DNA of 64,000 nucleotides from Pseudomonadota bacterium (GCA_027624715.1 JAQBTV010000001.1:75752-139751), one strand, 5' to 3'; numbered from the stretch's first letter, positions 40,330 to 49,180 are shown. Notes: generated by a model from the letters alone, not told the origin. Numbers and translations: made by a program.

Positions 40330-40887
40330 TTAAAATTTTTGTCTACTAGTACGTTGATTCTGAAAAAAAAATTCATTGAGCCAGATTTGTGCCTGTTCAC
40401 GTGCTTTTATAAGAGCATTCTGGTCCATCCTTTGACTCAACAAGTTAGCTTGGAACTTTGCATTCTCATCAAAGTTAACCGTACTCGCTAATAATAGCCA
40501 CCGATAGGCCTCTATATCGTTAGCCTCGCCAAGACGACCGCTCTTATAGAGCATGCCAAGATTGAACATCGCATATGCATAACCATTGTTAGCCGACTGC
40601 AGAAACCATGCCGCAGCCTCATCTGAGCGAGCCTCACCTAGATCACCGTCCCGATACATGATACCCAATCCATTTTGAGCTCTCGGGTGGCCAAGAGCCC
40701 CAACACGCGTCCAATGTTTTTCAGCGCCAGCGTAATCTTTTTTTACAAAAGCCTCATATCCAAGATCAAATATATCTTCAGCGTTATCCGCGTGTCCGGC
40801 ACCAGACAAAACGAGCGTAAAGCTAATACACACAAGAATTTTAAGGACACGCCTCACCTTGAATAAACATTGGTCAATTAATTTCAC
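40330..40887 (-). CDS. secreted Sel1-repeat (SLR/TPR-like) protein
   Basis: 185 aa with a signal peptide (ILVCISFTLVLSGAGHA) and three or more Sel1 repeats (A...W...A...GH..AQ..LG.MY..G). Its start overlaps the queE stop by 4 nt. Confidence 0.8.
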   Translation of the reverse strand: MKLIDQCLFKVRRVLKILVCISFTLVLSGAGHADNAEDIFDLGYEAFVKKDYAGAEKHWTRVGALGHPRAQNGLGIMYRDGDLGEARSDEAAAWFLQSANNGYAYAMFNLGMLYKSGRLGEANDIEAYRWLLLASTVNFDENAKFQANLLSQRMDQNALIKAREQAQIWLNEFFFQNQRTSRQKF

Positions 40888-41519
40888 GGCACACCAATCA
40901 TTTTATGAATTTGTAGACCTAGTCGCCACCTAGGATTTTCTTTGCAAAATTGAATTGAGCGTTCGATATTCAATTCAATGTCCGGTCCATCCTTAGGTTG
41001 TATAAAAAAATGCTCAAAATTCCACGATAAGAATTGCGCGGGATCATTACCAACCTGAGGATAAACTAGTTTTAGCTCATTCCCTTGTTTCACATGAACT
41101 GGCACCATTCCCTTGGGGCTCACACATACCCAATCAACACCTTCGGGAACGGGTATCGTACCATTTGTCTCAATAGCAACTTCAAAACCTCTGTTATGAA
41201 ATGCTCTAATCAAGTTGTGATCCAGCTGCAACAATGGTTCGCCCCCCGTGCACACTACGTATCGACGGGTATGATTACGAGACGGCCACTGACTCTCAAC
41301 TAAATCAACTAATACCTCAGGAGAGTCATATTTGCCACCGTTTACGCCATCCGTGCCCACAAAATCGGTGTCACAAAATTGGCAGTCCGCCGATAATCGA
41401 TCTTCTTCACGACCCGACCACAAATTACAACCGGCGAATCGACAAAATACAGCTGCCCGACCACTTTGAGCGCCCTCTCCCTGTATCGTGTAAAAAATTT
41501 CCTTAACTGAATATATCAT
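40884..41519 (-). CDS. queE: 7-carboxy-7-deazaguanine synthase (radical SAM, Burkholderia-type)
   Basis: 211 aa, nearly collinear with B. multivorans QueE (YSVKEIFYTIQGEG, CRFAGCNLWSGREEDR...CQFCDTDF, CTGGEPLLQ, WRLGLQIHK). Confidence 0.93.
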   Translation of the reverse strand: MIYSVKEIFYTIQGEGAQSGRAAVFCRFAGCNLWSGREEDRLSADCQFCDTDFVGTDGVNGGKYDSPEVLVDLVESQWPSRNHTRRYVVCTGGEPLLQLDHNLIRAFHNRGFEVAIETNGTIPVPEGVDWVCVSPKGMVPVHVKQGNELKLVYPQVGNDPAQFLSWNFEHFFIQPKDGPDIELNIERSIQFCKENPRWRLGLQIHKMIGVP

Positions 41520-41520
41520 G

Positions 41521-42612
41521 TCAAATAGGCATTGCTGGCCCTAAAGATCCCCAATCTATAATGACGCCACAACCTCTAGTCTCGTAAAAATCAATTCGTT
41601 CAAGTTCTGGAAGACAAGTACTGCAGCTTTTTTTGATCCATCTCGCAATACTCAACGGATCATTATCCGGCAAATCGACAATCTCATAAAGCGGTTGATG
41701 GTCGAGCGAGGCAAATATAGGGCTGAATTTCTCCTTAATATCCCCGTAATCTATAGTCCAACCCAAAACTTGATCCAAAGGTGCCGTTAAATGCAACCGA
41801 CACAAATACGTATGACCGTGAATGCGCGCACGCTCATCGCTAGAGCCGACCCGTTCACGTCGAATTGCACTGTCTATTGAGAAATCTTTCCAAATCCTAA
41901 AGATCGAACCGTTATAGTGAGCCCCACTTGTTGCAGTCTCATAGACTGTCACCCAACTCAACTGTGGTAATTTTTCTTTTAAATGACTCCATAACCAAAA
42001 AGAAATCATCTCACTCGTGGGATTTTCAAGGCCAGAAATATCATTGAGACAATTCAGATGTAGCATACCATGCACTTCACCCCAACAAGCCTTTAGTTCA
42101 TCGTAATCAATACCTAAATTGGATTCCTCAAGATAGCTTTTAGCGTGCAGTATTACCTCAAATCCATGTCCATGCATTCGCCCACATTTATGGCCCTCAG
42201 AAACATTAGGAAGCTGATGCGCTGACTCAAAACGAAATTTTCTCCAAACGTGCGCACACCCTTGTGCGTCTAGATGTACGCCCTCATCATGTTGACTGCG
42301 CAACCCAATAACATCAACCTTCGGAAGGTTTAGTTGCGCCAGGACATATCTTGCAATATTCTCATCTGTCGGAACCTCTACAGTCTCATTTAGATAGCTA
42401 TAGTTAAGCGAAGCACATGCGCGTATCAAGGTCGCGCGCGCGACCTCAATCTCATCACCGTTAAGCGATTCAGGATCATCAATAGCCGCTCTGACAGAAA
42501 CCTCGTAACTGTGTCCATGTAAACCCCTGGCTCTGTGTCCTACCGGAAATGTATCGATCTGACATGCCGCTTCGAACGAAGCACTTACCGTTACAAAAAT
42601 TCTTTCAATCAT
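41521..42612 (-). CDS. queD: 6-carboxytetrahydropterin synthase, three tandem QueD/PTPS modules in one chain
   Basis: 363 aa, three modules of about 120 aa each. All three carry an HGH motif (GLHGHSY, GRMHGHGF, RIHGHTY). Only module 2 has the full FESAH..HKCGRMHGH..ENPTSE..YET signature. Confidence 0.85.
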   Translation of the reverse strand: MIERIFVTVSASFEAACQIDTFPVGHRARGLHGHSYEVSVRAAIDDPESLNGDEIEVARATLIRACASLNYSYLNETVEVPTDENIARYVLAQLNLPKVDVIGLRSQHDEGVHLDAQGCAHVWRKFRFESAHQLPNVSEGHKCGRMHGHGFEVILHAKSYLEESNLGIDYDELKACWGEVHGMLHLNCLNDISGLENPTSEMISFWLWSHLKEKLPQLSWVTVYETATSGAHYNGSIFRIWKDFSIDSAIRRERVGSSDERARIHGHTYLCRLHLTAPLDQVLGWTIDYGDIKEKFSPIFASLDHQPLYEIVDLPDNDPLSIARWIKKSCSTCLPELERIDFYETRGCGVIIDWGSLGPAMPI

Positions 42613-42652
42613 TTATTTACCTTACAACCCAAACCGCCAAATTTTCGATAGG

Positions 42653-42667
42653 ATTAATGTCATTAAT
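42653..42667. promoter_or_regulatory. 15-bp perfect palindrome ATTAATGTCATTAAT in divergent promoter region
   Basis: 7-bp arms around a central T, located between the queD start (42612) and the SDR start (42758). Confidence 0.4.
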
Positions 42668-42757
42668 TAAAACCCTTGTGCCCTTTAGGGCTGGCTCTAT
42701 TTCCCCTGTCGTTAGTGTACGATAAAGACATATTTATTTTCGAGAAGGCCGTGTGAC

Positions 42758-43552
42758 ATGGATATGCAACTTCAAGGCAAGAAAGCACTCATCACTGGAT
42801 CAACTTATGGAATCGGGTACGCGATTGCTGAATCTTTAGCAATGGAAGGGGTTGACGTCGTCATCACAGGTAGGCATCAAGAAACAGTAACCAGTGCGAT
42901 AAAAAAAATAAAAGGCATTAATTGCAAAACTAACCCTATAGGAATAAGCGCCGACTGTTCAACACTAGAGGGATGCCAAAGTGTGTTCGACACAGTACCT
43001 AAAGTTGATATCCTAATCAACAACCTAGGCATATATGAACGAAAATCATTTTTTGAAATTAACGACACGGATTGGGCTCGGCTGTTTGAAATCAATGTTC
43101 TGAGTGGAATACGTTTCACAAGATTCTACACGCCGAAAATGGTCAGCCAGGAATGGGGGCGCATCATTTTCATCTCCAGCGAGTCCGGACTCATGATTCC
43201 ACCGGACATGATTCACTATGGTTTCAGCAAAAGCGCGCAACTTAGTATTTCTCGCGGCCTCGCGATGTCGCTCAGCGGCACTGGGGTAACGGTGAACGCG
43301 TTACTACCCGGGCCCACTAGGACTGAAACTACAGAACAACAAAGACGAGACCGCGCTAACGAATGGGGCATCAGTCTCGAACAATTAGAACAAGAATTTT
43401 TTAATAAAGTTCGTCCTACATCAATTATTAAAAGATTTGCAGAAGCCAAGGAAGTTGCCCCACTGGCAGTCTACCTATGTAGCCCACTTTCCGCCCTAAC
43501 TACTGGGGCAGCCCTAAGAGTAGACGGCGGCATCGTAAATCAAATCACTTAA
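42758..43552 (+). CDS. SDR-family oxidoreductase
   Basis: 264 aa with TGSTYGIGYA, NNLG and YGFSK catalytic motifs. Confidence 0.85.
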   Translation: MDMQLQGKKALITGSTYGIGYAIAESLAMEGVDVVITGRHQETVTSAIKKIKGINCKTNPIGISADCSTLEGCQSVFDTVPKVDILINNLGIYERKSFFEINDTDWARLFEINVLSGIRFTRFYTPKMVSQEWGRIIFISSESGLMIPPDMIHYGFSKSAQLSISRGLAMSLSGTGVTVNALLPGPTRTETTEQQRRDRANEWGISLEQLEQEFFNKVRPTSIIKRFAEAKEVAPLAVYLCSPLSALTTGAALRVDGGIVNQIT

Positions 43553-43562
43553 TTCCTGCGTA

Positions 43563-44453
43563 TCAATCAACGCGGTCTTTTTTACACTCTCTCCAGGATC
43601 CTCCCTCGATCGCGTGAGTCGTGATACCCAAGTCTCCAGCGACATAACACCAAGCCAAGGTTGGATCTTCTCCCGTGGGCATTACCGTCACTAGTGCTCG
43701 GTCATACTCATTGCCAATCGAGCCAAAACTCGAGAATCCCTCTACCTTATCGAGCTGGCGAATCGCGGCGGACAGATCGGGGAAAAAAATCAATTCACCT
43801 GGTATGTCTTGATCGCTGTCTTTCCCATAGAGATGAAGCATCGGATAGTCAAACTCAGTCGCAAGCAGCGAGCCGCGCGATGAGGCATCCTTGGGTTTTA
43901 AAGCATTTAAAGATTCTATGATCCAGTGTCGGGACTCACCACTCAACAGTGTACCGTAAGCAAAAACACCAACCATTGAATCAGGAACCCGTTCGCCAAC
44001 CGCTGCTTGACTCAGCTGAAGGTCCGAAAAATTAAATCTCCTTAAGCCACGCTGAACTACCTCAAAGTAAGCTGAGGTTGGCTCAACGAAATGACACTGA
44101 CTCTCAGGCGTAACCTCATACGTCAACGCTAAAACAGGAGAGCCGTTAGGCTGTAATATGTACTTGCTAGCCCTTTGATAAACACGGTCAGATACGCCCT
44201 CCTTTAAATCAAGTGCCCGCCAACCAAAATCTCCGACTTCGAATAAAGCACCACACACGTATCCACCCAATCGCGCCTTTATATTTAAGGCACCACCACC
44301 ACGAGCTTGTGAAAACACATCGAATACTAAATCATGATCAGGCAAGAACGCCGGACCAACAGGCCTAATACAATCAGCTGGCAGTGAATGCTTGATACAA
44401 AAATGTCTCCAATCCTCATCGTCAAGATTAGAGCCGTAGGCAAAATATAACAT
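43563..44453 (-). CDS. two-domain gamma-glutamylcyclotransferase-fold protein (GGCT-like + GGACT/AIG2-like)
   Basis: 296 aa. Domain 1 has YFAYGSNL ... LDLKEGV. Domain 2 has VFAYGTLLSGE ... LDKVEGF ... EYDR. Confidence 0.75.
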   Translation of the reverse strand: MLYFAYGSNLDDEDWRHFCIKHSLPADCIRPVGPAFLPDHDLVFDVFSQARGGGALNIKARLGGYVCGALFEVGDFGWRALDLKEGVSDRVYQRASKYILQPNGSPVLALTYEVTPESQCHFVEPTSAYFEVVQRGLRRFNFSDLQLSQAAVGERVPDSMVGVFAYGTLLSGESRHWIIESLNALKPKDASSRGSLLATEFDYPMLHLYGKDSDQDIPGELIFFPDLSAAIRQLDKVEGFSSFGSIGNEYDRALVTVMPTGEDPTLAWCYVAGDLGITTHAIEGGSWRECKKDRVD

Positions 44454-44466
44454 TGAGTTTCTAATA

Positions 44467-44775
44467 TCAAGCTACAGGATCCAAAATATGAATCACTCTA
44501 GATTCAATCCAATCTTTAACATTTTTAGCATAACTCACCATATGAGGTGCAGCCGCATGGGCCTTTAATGCATCTTCATCGCGCCACTTTTCAATAACCA
44601 AAAAAGTATCCTCTCCGAATTTCGTTTGAAACGCACCAAACTCCGCATCTACAACTAGAATATACTCAATGCACCCATCCTCTTGCCGAACAGTTGTTAC
44701 GTTCTCTTTGGCAACAGAAAGAATAGCGTCTCTTTTTCCAGATTTAGCCTTAATAACAGCCACAACATGAATCAT
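44467..44775 (-). CDS. antibiotic-biosynthesis-monooxygenase (ABM) domain protein
   Basis: About 102 aa starting at MIHVVAVIKAK, with a ferredoxin-like ABM pattern (EKWRDEDALKAH). The ORF-track extension to 44847 is hydrophobic junk lying in the promoter region. Confidence 0.75.
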   Translation of the reverse strand: MIHVVAVIKAKSGKRDAILSVAKENVTTVRQEDGCIEYILVVDAEFGAFQTKFGEDTFLVIEKWRDEDALKAHAAAPHMVSYAKNVKDWIESRVIHILDPVA

Positions 44776-44856
44776 AATGTGCCCCTCTAATATCAGACGG
44801 TTCTTTAATTTTAGAATAATATACCTCATCAAAAAATTCATACACAATTTACATTA

Positions 44857-45726
44857 ATGTTCATCAACAAATCACCTGCATATCTGCTATTCGGCTTATG
44901 GGTCCTATTCATAAGTCCGATTTTGGCTGACGACACTTACCGACCTGGAGATGAGTTTAAAGACTGCGATCAATGTCCAGTTATGGTTGTCATTCCCTCT
45001 GGATCGTTTGATATGGGGTCGCCACCCATTGACCAAGGACGTCCCTATAGTGAAGGTGAATTGCGACCTGTATTAATCTCAGAACCATTCGCTGTAGGAA
45101 AATTTGAAATTACCTACAAAGAGTGGCAAGCCTGCGTGATCGACGAGCAATGTCCCATTGTGAAGCGAGATGACTGGAGCAAAGACAGTCACCCGGCAGC
45201 GAACATTTCCTGGAAAGAAGCATTTGAATACACCAAATGGCTCTCTGAAAAAACTAATAAACCCTATAGGCTTCTCACTGAGGCTGAGTGGGAATACGTC
45301 GCGACAGGAGGTAGTAATCGGGCTCGATTTTTTGGCTTAACACCAACACAAGTCTGTGAATTTGGAAATCTTTATGACCAAACCGCACAACGAATGCTCG
45401 AGTACGGTTTGGAGGCAGTACCCTGTGACGATGGTTTTGACTTCTCTGCACCCATAGGATCATTCAAACCAAACCATTTTGGACTTCATGATACGTTAGG
45501 CAATGTTTGGGAATGGACTGAAGATTGCCAGCCAATCTTGTGGCGCAACGCCCCAGTAGATGCTTCAGCTCGCGTTGATGGCCATTGCACGCAGCGCGCC
45601 TATCGAGGCGGTTCTTGGCTTAATCACCCACCGCGATATTTAAAAATACCTGATAGGTACAAATATCTAGGTGCTCGAGAAATCGATCTAGGTTTTCGAA
45701 TTGGACTAAGCTTGATTCACCCATAA
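44857..45726 (+). CDS. secreted FGE-sulfatase (SUMF1/EgtB/PvdO) domain protein, paralogue 1
   Basis: 289 aa with a signal peptide and CDQCPVMVVIPSGSFDMGS, AEWEY, GNVWEWTEDC, YRGGSW and LGFRI motifs. Confidence 0.85.
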   Translation: MFINKSPAYLLFGLWVLFISPILADDTYRPGDEFKDCDQCPVMVVIPSGSFDMGSPPIDQGRPYSEGELRPVLISEPFAVGKFEITYKEWQACVIDEQCPIVKRDDWSKDSHPAANISWKEAFEYTKWLSEKTNKPYRLLTEAEWEYVATGGSNRARFFGLTPTQVCEFGNLYDQTAQRMLEYGLEAVPCDDGFDFSAPIGSFKPNHFGLHDTLGNVWEWTEDCQPILWRNAPVDASARVDGHCTQRAYRGGSWLNHPPRYLKIPDRYKYLGAREIDLGFRIGLSLIHP

Positions 45727-46601
45727 TGTTCAGACTCAAAAATGTATCAGGCTTAATGCTCGGGGCAAGTATCATAATATTTAGCTCCCACGTGACTGCC
45801 CAATCTACAGCTGGAGAAAGCTTCCAGGACTGCGACTCCTGCCCTAAGATGATCGTTATTCCTGCTGGACCTTATGGGTTTGGTTCGCCTCCGAACGAAT
45901 TTGGAAGCCCCTACAACGAGGGCTATGTTCTAGACATCTTCTTCAAACAACCCTTCAGCATCAGTCAATTAGAAATCACATTCTTGCAGTGGGAACTTTG
46001 TGTACAGGATGCTACCTGCCCTTCGATCGACGATGAAGGCTATGGAAGAGGCAACCAACCCGTGATGAACGTGTCTTGGGACGATACTCAATCGTATATT
46101 CAGTGGTTACGAGATAAAACTGGGAAAGCATACCGTTTACCGTCCGAAGCAGAGTGGGAATATGTAGCTCAATCTGGAACTAAACGGGCTCGATTCTTTG
46201 GCATTCCACCCGAACAAACATGTGAGTATGGCAATGGCTACGATAAAACAGCCGAACAGGAATATGAGTTCGGATGGCACATATTACCTTGCTCAGACGG
46301 TGCACCCAGCCTGTCCATAGTGGGTTCTTACAAGCCCAATCAATTTGGTGTCTTTGATATGCTTGGAAACGTATGGGAGTGGGTAGAAGACTGTCTTAAT
46401 CCGAATTGGCGACACAGTCACGCTTCGCTTGAAGGGCGCGCCTTTACGGATGGGGACTGCGATCAACGGGCATACCGAGGTGGCTCTTGGCTAACCAATC
46501 AACCCTATTACCTTAGGACAGCCGAACGCTACAAATTTTACGGTGCCAAACATATAGATCTTGGGTTTCGAGTAGCACTAAGCCTTAACGATCTAGATTA
46601 A
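45726..46601 (+). CDS. secreted FGE-sulfatase domain protein, paralogue 2
   Basis: 291 aa, collinear with paralogue 1 including all conserved Cys. The start overlaps the upstream stop (TAATG). Confidence 0.85.
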   Translation: MFRLKNVSGLMLGASIIIFSSHVTAQSTAGESFQDCDSCPKMIVIPAGPYGFGSPPNEFGSPYNEGYVLDIFFKQPFSISQLEITFLQWELCVQDATCPSIDDEGYGRGNQPVMNVSWDDTQSYIQWLRDKTGKAYRLPSEAEWEYVAQSGTKRARFFGIPPEQTCEYGNGYDKTAEQEYEFGWHILPCSDGAPSLSIVGSYKPNQFGVFDMLGNVWEWVEDCLNPNWRHSHASLEGRAFTDGDCDQRAYRGGSWLTNQPYYLRTAERYKFYGAKHIDLGFRVALSLNDLD

Positions 46602-46624
46602 AAAAATTAATATAGAGAAAACAA

Positions 46625-48124
46625 TCAAAATGAGGGTAATACTCCGGGTTCAATAGCAAAGATCCATAACATCCATGTATACGCGGCAAGCATTATAAGA
46701 ATCACCGCAATAATATTCAGAGCAAATCCAGCTCGTGTCATATCCTTCTGCGCCAAATAACCTGCTGAGAATACAATTGCGTTTGGCGGCGTCGCAACTG
46801 GCAACATAAATGCACAACTCACAACGAGCGTTACCGGGATAGTAAGAATTAAAGGATGTTCCTCCAAGGTGATCGCCAAAGCGCCAACAACCGGTAAAAA
46901 AGCCGCTATAGTCGCTAAATTTGAAGTCAACTCTGTGATTGCGACCAACAGCAAGACCAGCACTAAAACAATCACAAAGGTCGGAAACATTTCTAAACTT
47001 CCGAGTTGTTGTCCAATCCAGGTAGCCAGACCTGTTTTCTCAATTGAAGATGCCAGTGCAAATCCACCACCAAATAACAATAAAATACCGAAGGGCATTT
47101 TTTTTCCCCACTCCCAGTCCATGAGGAAGAGACCTTTTTTCCAATCGACGGGAATTAGAAACGTTAATACTCCAACGATCATAGCAACCAACGTATCTGT
47201 TAGCGCTAGACTGGGGAAAGCCGCGTTTATCCATGGACGTAATGTCCATAGTGTGGCCATGCTAATAAAGACGATGGCGACTAAATATTCCCCGCGAGAT
47301 AGTTTACCTTGCGCCTTAATTTGTTGATCAATAGCTGCACTGATACCTGCAGTTCGCTCACGACCCAACTTGAAAATGATTTTTGTCAGTAATAACCATG
47401 CCATGACGAGCATCACCAATGAAAGGGGTAACGCAACTGCCATCCAATCTAAAAAGCCTATCTCTATTCCGTACGTTTGCTTGACAAAACCAGCCAAGAA
47501 TGCGTTAGTTGGTGTGCCAACCAAAGTTGCCATTCCTCCAATGGAAGCTCCGTAGGCCAAAGACAACATTAAAGCCTTGGGTAGTCCGTCATCTTGTTGA
47601 AACCTAGTTCCTCTATTCGCCTCGAGGGTACCAATTACTGATACTGCGATTGGCAGCATCATTAAAGTCGTAGCCGTATTGGAAACCCACATACTTAAAA
47701 AGCCGCTGACAGCTAACAAACCGCCAACCAAAAATGCTGGCCGATCTCCACTAAACTGCAATACAAAAAGTGCAATTCTTTGGTGTAACTTCCAACGCTC
47801 CATTGCTAGAGCTACGATAAATCCTCCCATACACAGAAAAATAACTGGGTGCGAGTAAGAAACAACAGTCTCTTCTACTGAAGAAATACCCAACAAGGGA
47901 ACTAACGGTATGGGTAACAAGGCAGTGGCAGGAAGCGGTATCGCCTCCGTAATCCACATGATAGCCATTAGAGAACCGAGGGCTGCGACGCACCAAGCCT
48001 CAGCATTTAAACCCTCTGGAGCTGGAAGTTGGAGCATCACGAGAAAGAGCACTATGCCAACAACCCCACCAATTTTGGAAAAATTATTTACCGAGGAATT
48101 TTCTGTTCCGCTATCTAGACTCAA
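46625..48124 (-). CDS. SLC13/DASS-family anion:sodium symporter
   Basis: 499 aa polytopic protein with DASS motifs (SNTATTLMMLPI and ELTSNLATIAAFLPV hairpin signatures). Confidence 0.85.
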   Translation of the reverse strand: MSLDSGTENSSVNNFSKIGGVVGIVLFLVMLQLPAPEGLNAEAWCVAALGSLMAIMWITEAIPLPATALLPIPLVPLLGISSVEETVVSYSHPVIFLCMGGFIVALAMERWKLHQRIALFVLQFSGDRPAFLVGGLLAVSGFLSMWVSNTATTLMMLPIAVSVIGTLEANRGTRFQQDDGLPKALMLSLAYGASIGGMATLVGTPTNAFLAGFVKQTYGIEIGFLDWMAVALPLSLVMLVMAWLLLTKIIFKLGRERTAGISAAIDQQIKAQGKLSRGEYLVAIVFISMATLWTLRPWINAAFPSLALTDTLVAMIVGVLTFLIPVDWKKGLFLMDWEWGKKMPFGILLLFGGGFALASSIEKTGLATWIGQQLGSLEMFPTFVIVLVLVLLLVAITELTSNLATIAAFLPVVGALAITLEEHPLILTIPVTLVVSCAFMLPVATPPNAIVFSAGYLAQKDMTRAGFALNIIAVILIMLAAYTWMLWIFAIEPGVLPSF

Positions 48125-48237
48125 GATATACCTCCAAATAAAACATCAAGTGTTCTGAAGTGTACCGAAATCTCAGATCACAGCGTTAAGTGCTATGTAT
48201 TCGGAAACTAAATCGAGGTCATCAATCAAACCAAACG

Positions 48238-48654
48238 TCAATTGTCCTGCTCCAAAAACCAGTCCGCGACCGTCTCGGTGATGATTTGATCCTCTACAGG
48301 CTTTAATCCACTCACTCCAACTGCACCTAGAATTTCACCACCCTTTGACTTTAACAAATTACCCCCAGGCAACGCGGTCATTAAAGGATCGCAAAAATAC
48401 TGGATATCAATCTTGTCATTATTTAAACGCTCTAAAAATGCATCAGTAGACATGCCCATTCGCGTCGCCGTATGCGCTTTTTGCTGTGATATCGCAATAC
48501 TACGGATGGGTGCCTTGTCCATACGATAAAAAGCGACCTGATACCCATATGAGTCACAGATAGATACACAAATAGGCCGCTTAAAATCTTGCTGAACCTT
48601 TTTAATAGCAACATCAAGACATTTTTGCGCGTGATCCAAAGATATACTAGTCAT
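48238..48654 (-). CDS. GlcG/HbpS-like (DUF336) haem-binding protein
   Basis: 138 aa with the typical ending GGEILGAVGVSG. Confidence 0.8.
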   Translation of the reverse strand: MTSISLDHAQKCLDVAIKKVQQDFKRPICVSICDSYGYQVAFYRMDKAPIRSIAISQQKAHTATRMGMSTDAFLERLNNDKIDIQYFCDPLMTALPGGNLLKSKGGEILGAVGVSGLKPVEDQIITETVADWFLEQDN

Positions 48655-48747
48655 ACTTGCCTCTCCTAGATTTACATCATAATTTTCAAATAACCTATAT
48701 TAAAAACTATTCATTTATTTGTTAGCCCCTCTTCGCCATATCAATAC

Positions 48748-49180
48748 CTAACCGACTGCTTTCAGAAACAGGCCCCTTCCGGGAACAAAATTGACCTCAT
48801 TAAGTATGCCATCTAAATTCTCAAAAAGATTCGAGTGATATCCTAAAGCAAACCAAACTCCCTCTTCTGGGTCGTGCGCAATTCTCCCCTAGCCCAATGA
48901 ACTAACAAATTCGTGCACAAGGTCAAGATCATGCCTAAAACGCTCTGAAGCACACATGATGCAAACTGCTGACATGTTGCCCAAATCCAACTGATCTTTT
49001 TTCTAGAGATGCCAAATGCACCAAAACACCAGTCCACCCACCAATACTGTATTGAACATCGTCATTATCAATTAACGTGCTCAAAGGCATGAAGCCACAC
49101 AGCGCAAGCCAAAATTCGATACCAGCTGTACTATTAACGTTCAACTGTATGTGCGCAATTCCATTGATTTTGATACTCAT
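48748..49180 (-). pseudogene. VOC (glyoxalase/bleomycin-resistance/dioxygenase) family gene, disrupted
   Basis: The N-terminal 81-aa ORF (INGIAHIQLNV...LHHVCFRA) stops at 48935. Homology continues in another frame (SERFRHDLDLVHEFVSSLG), crosses an in-frame TAG at 48889-48891, then reads GRIAHDPEEGVWFALGYHSNLFENLDGILNEVNFVPG to 48748. Confidence 0.65.

Noticed and set aside
42613-42757. Possible preQ1 riboswitch upstream of the queD-queE operon
   Set aside because: I could not find the conserved preQ1-I/II core sequences or a compatible small pseudoknot on the minus strand. Only DNA palindromes are evident.
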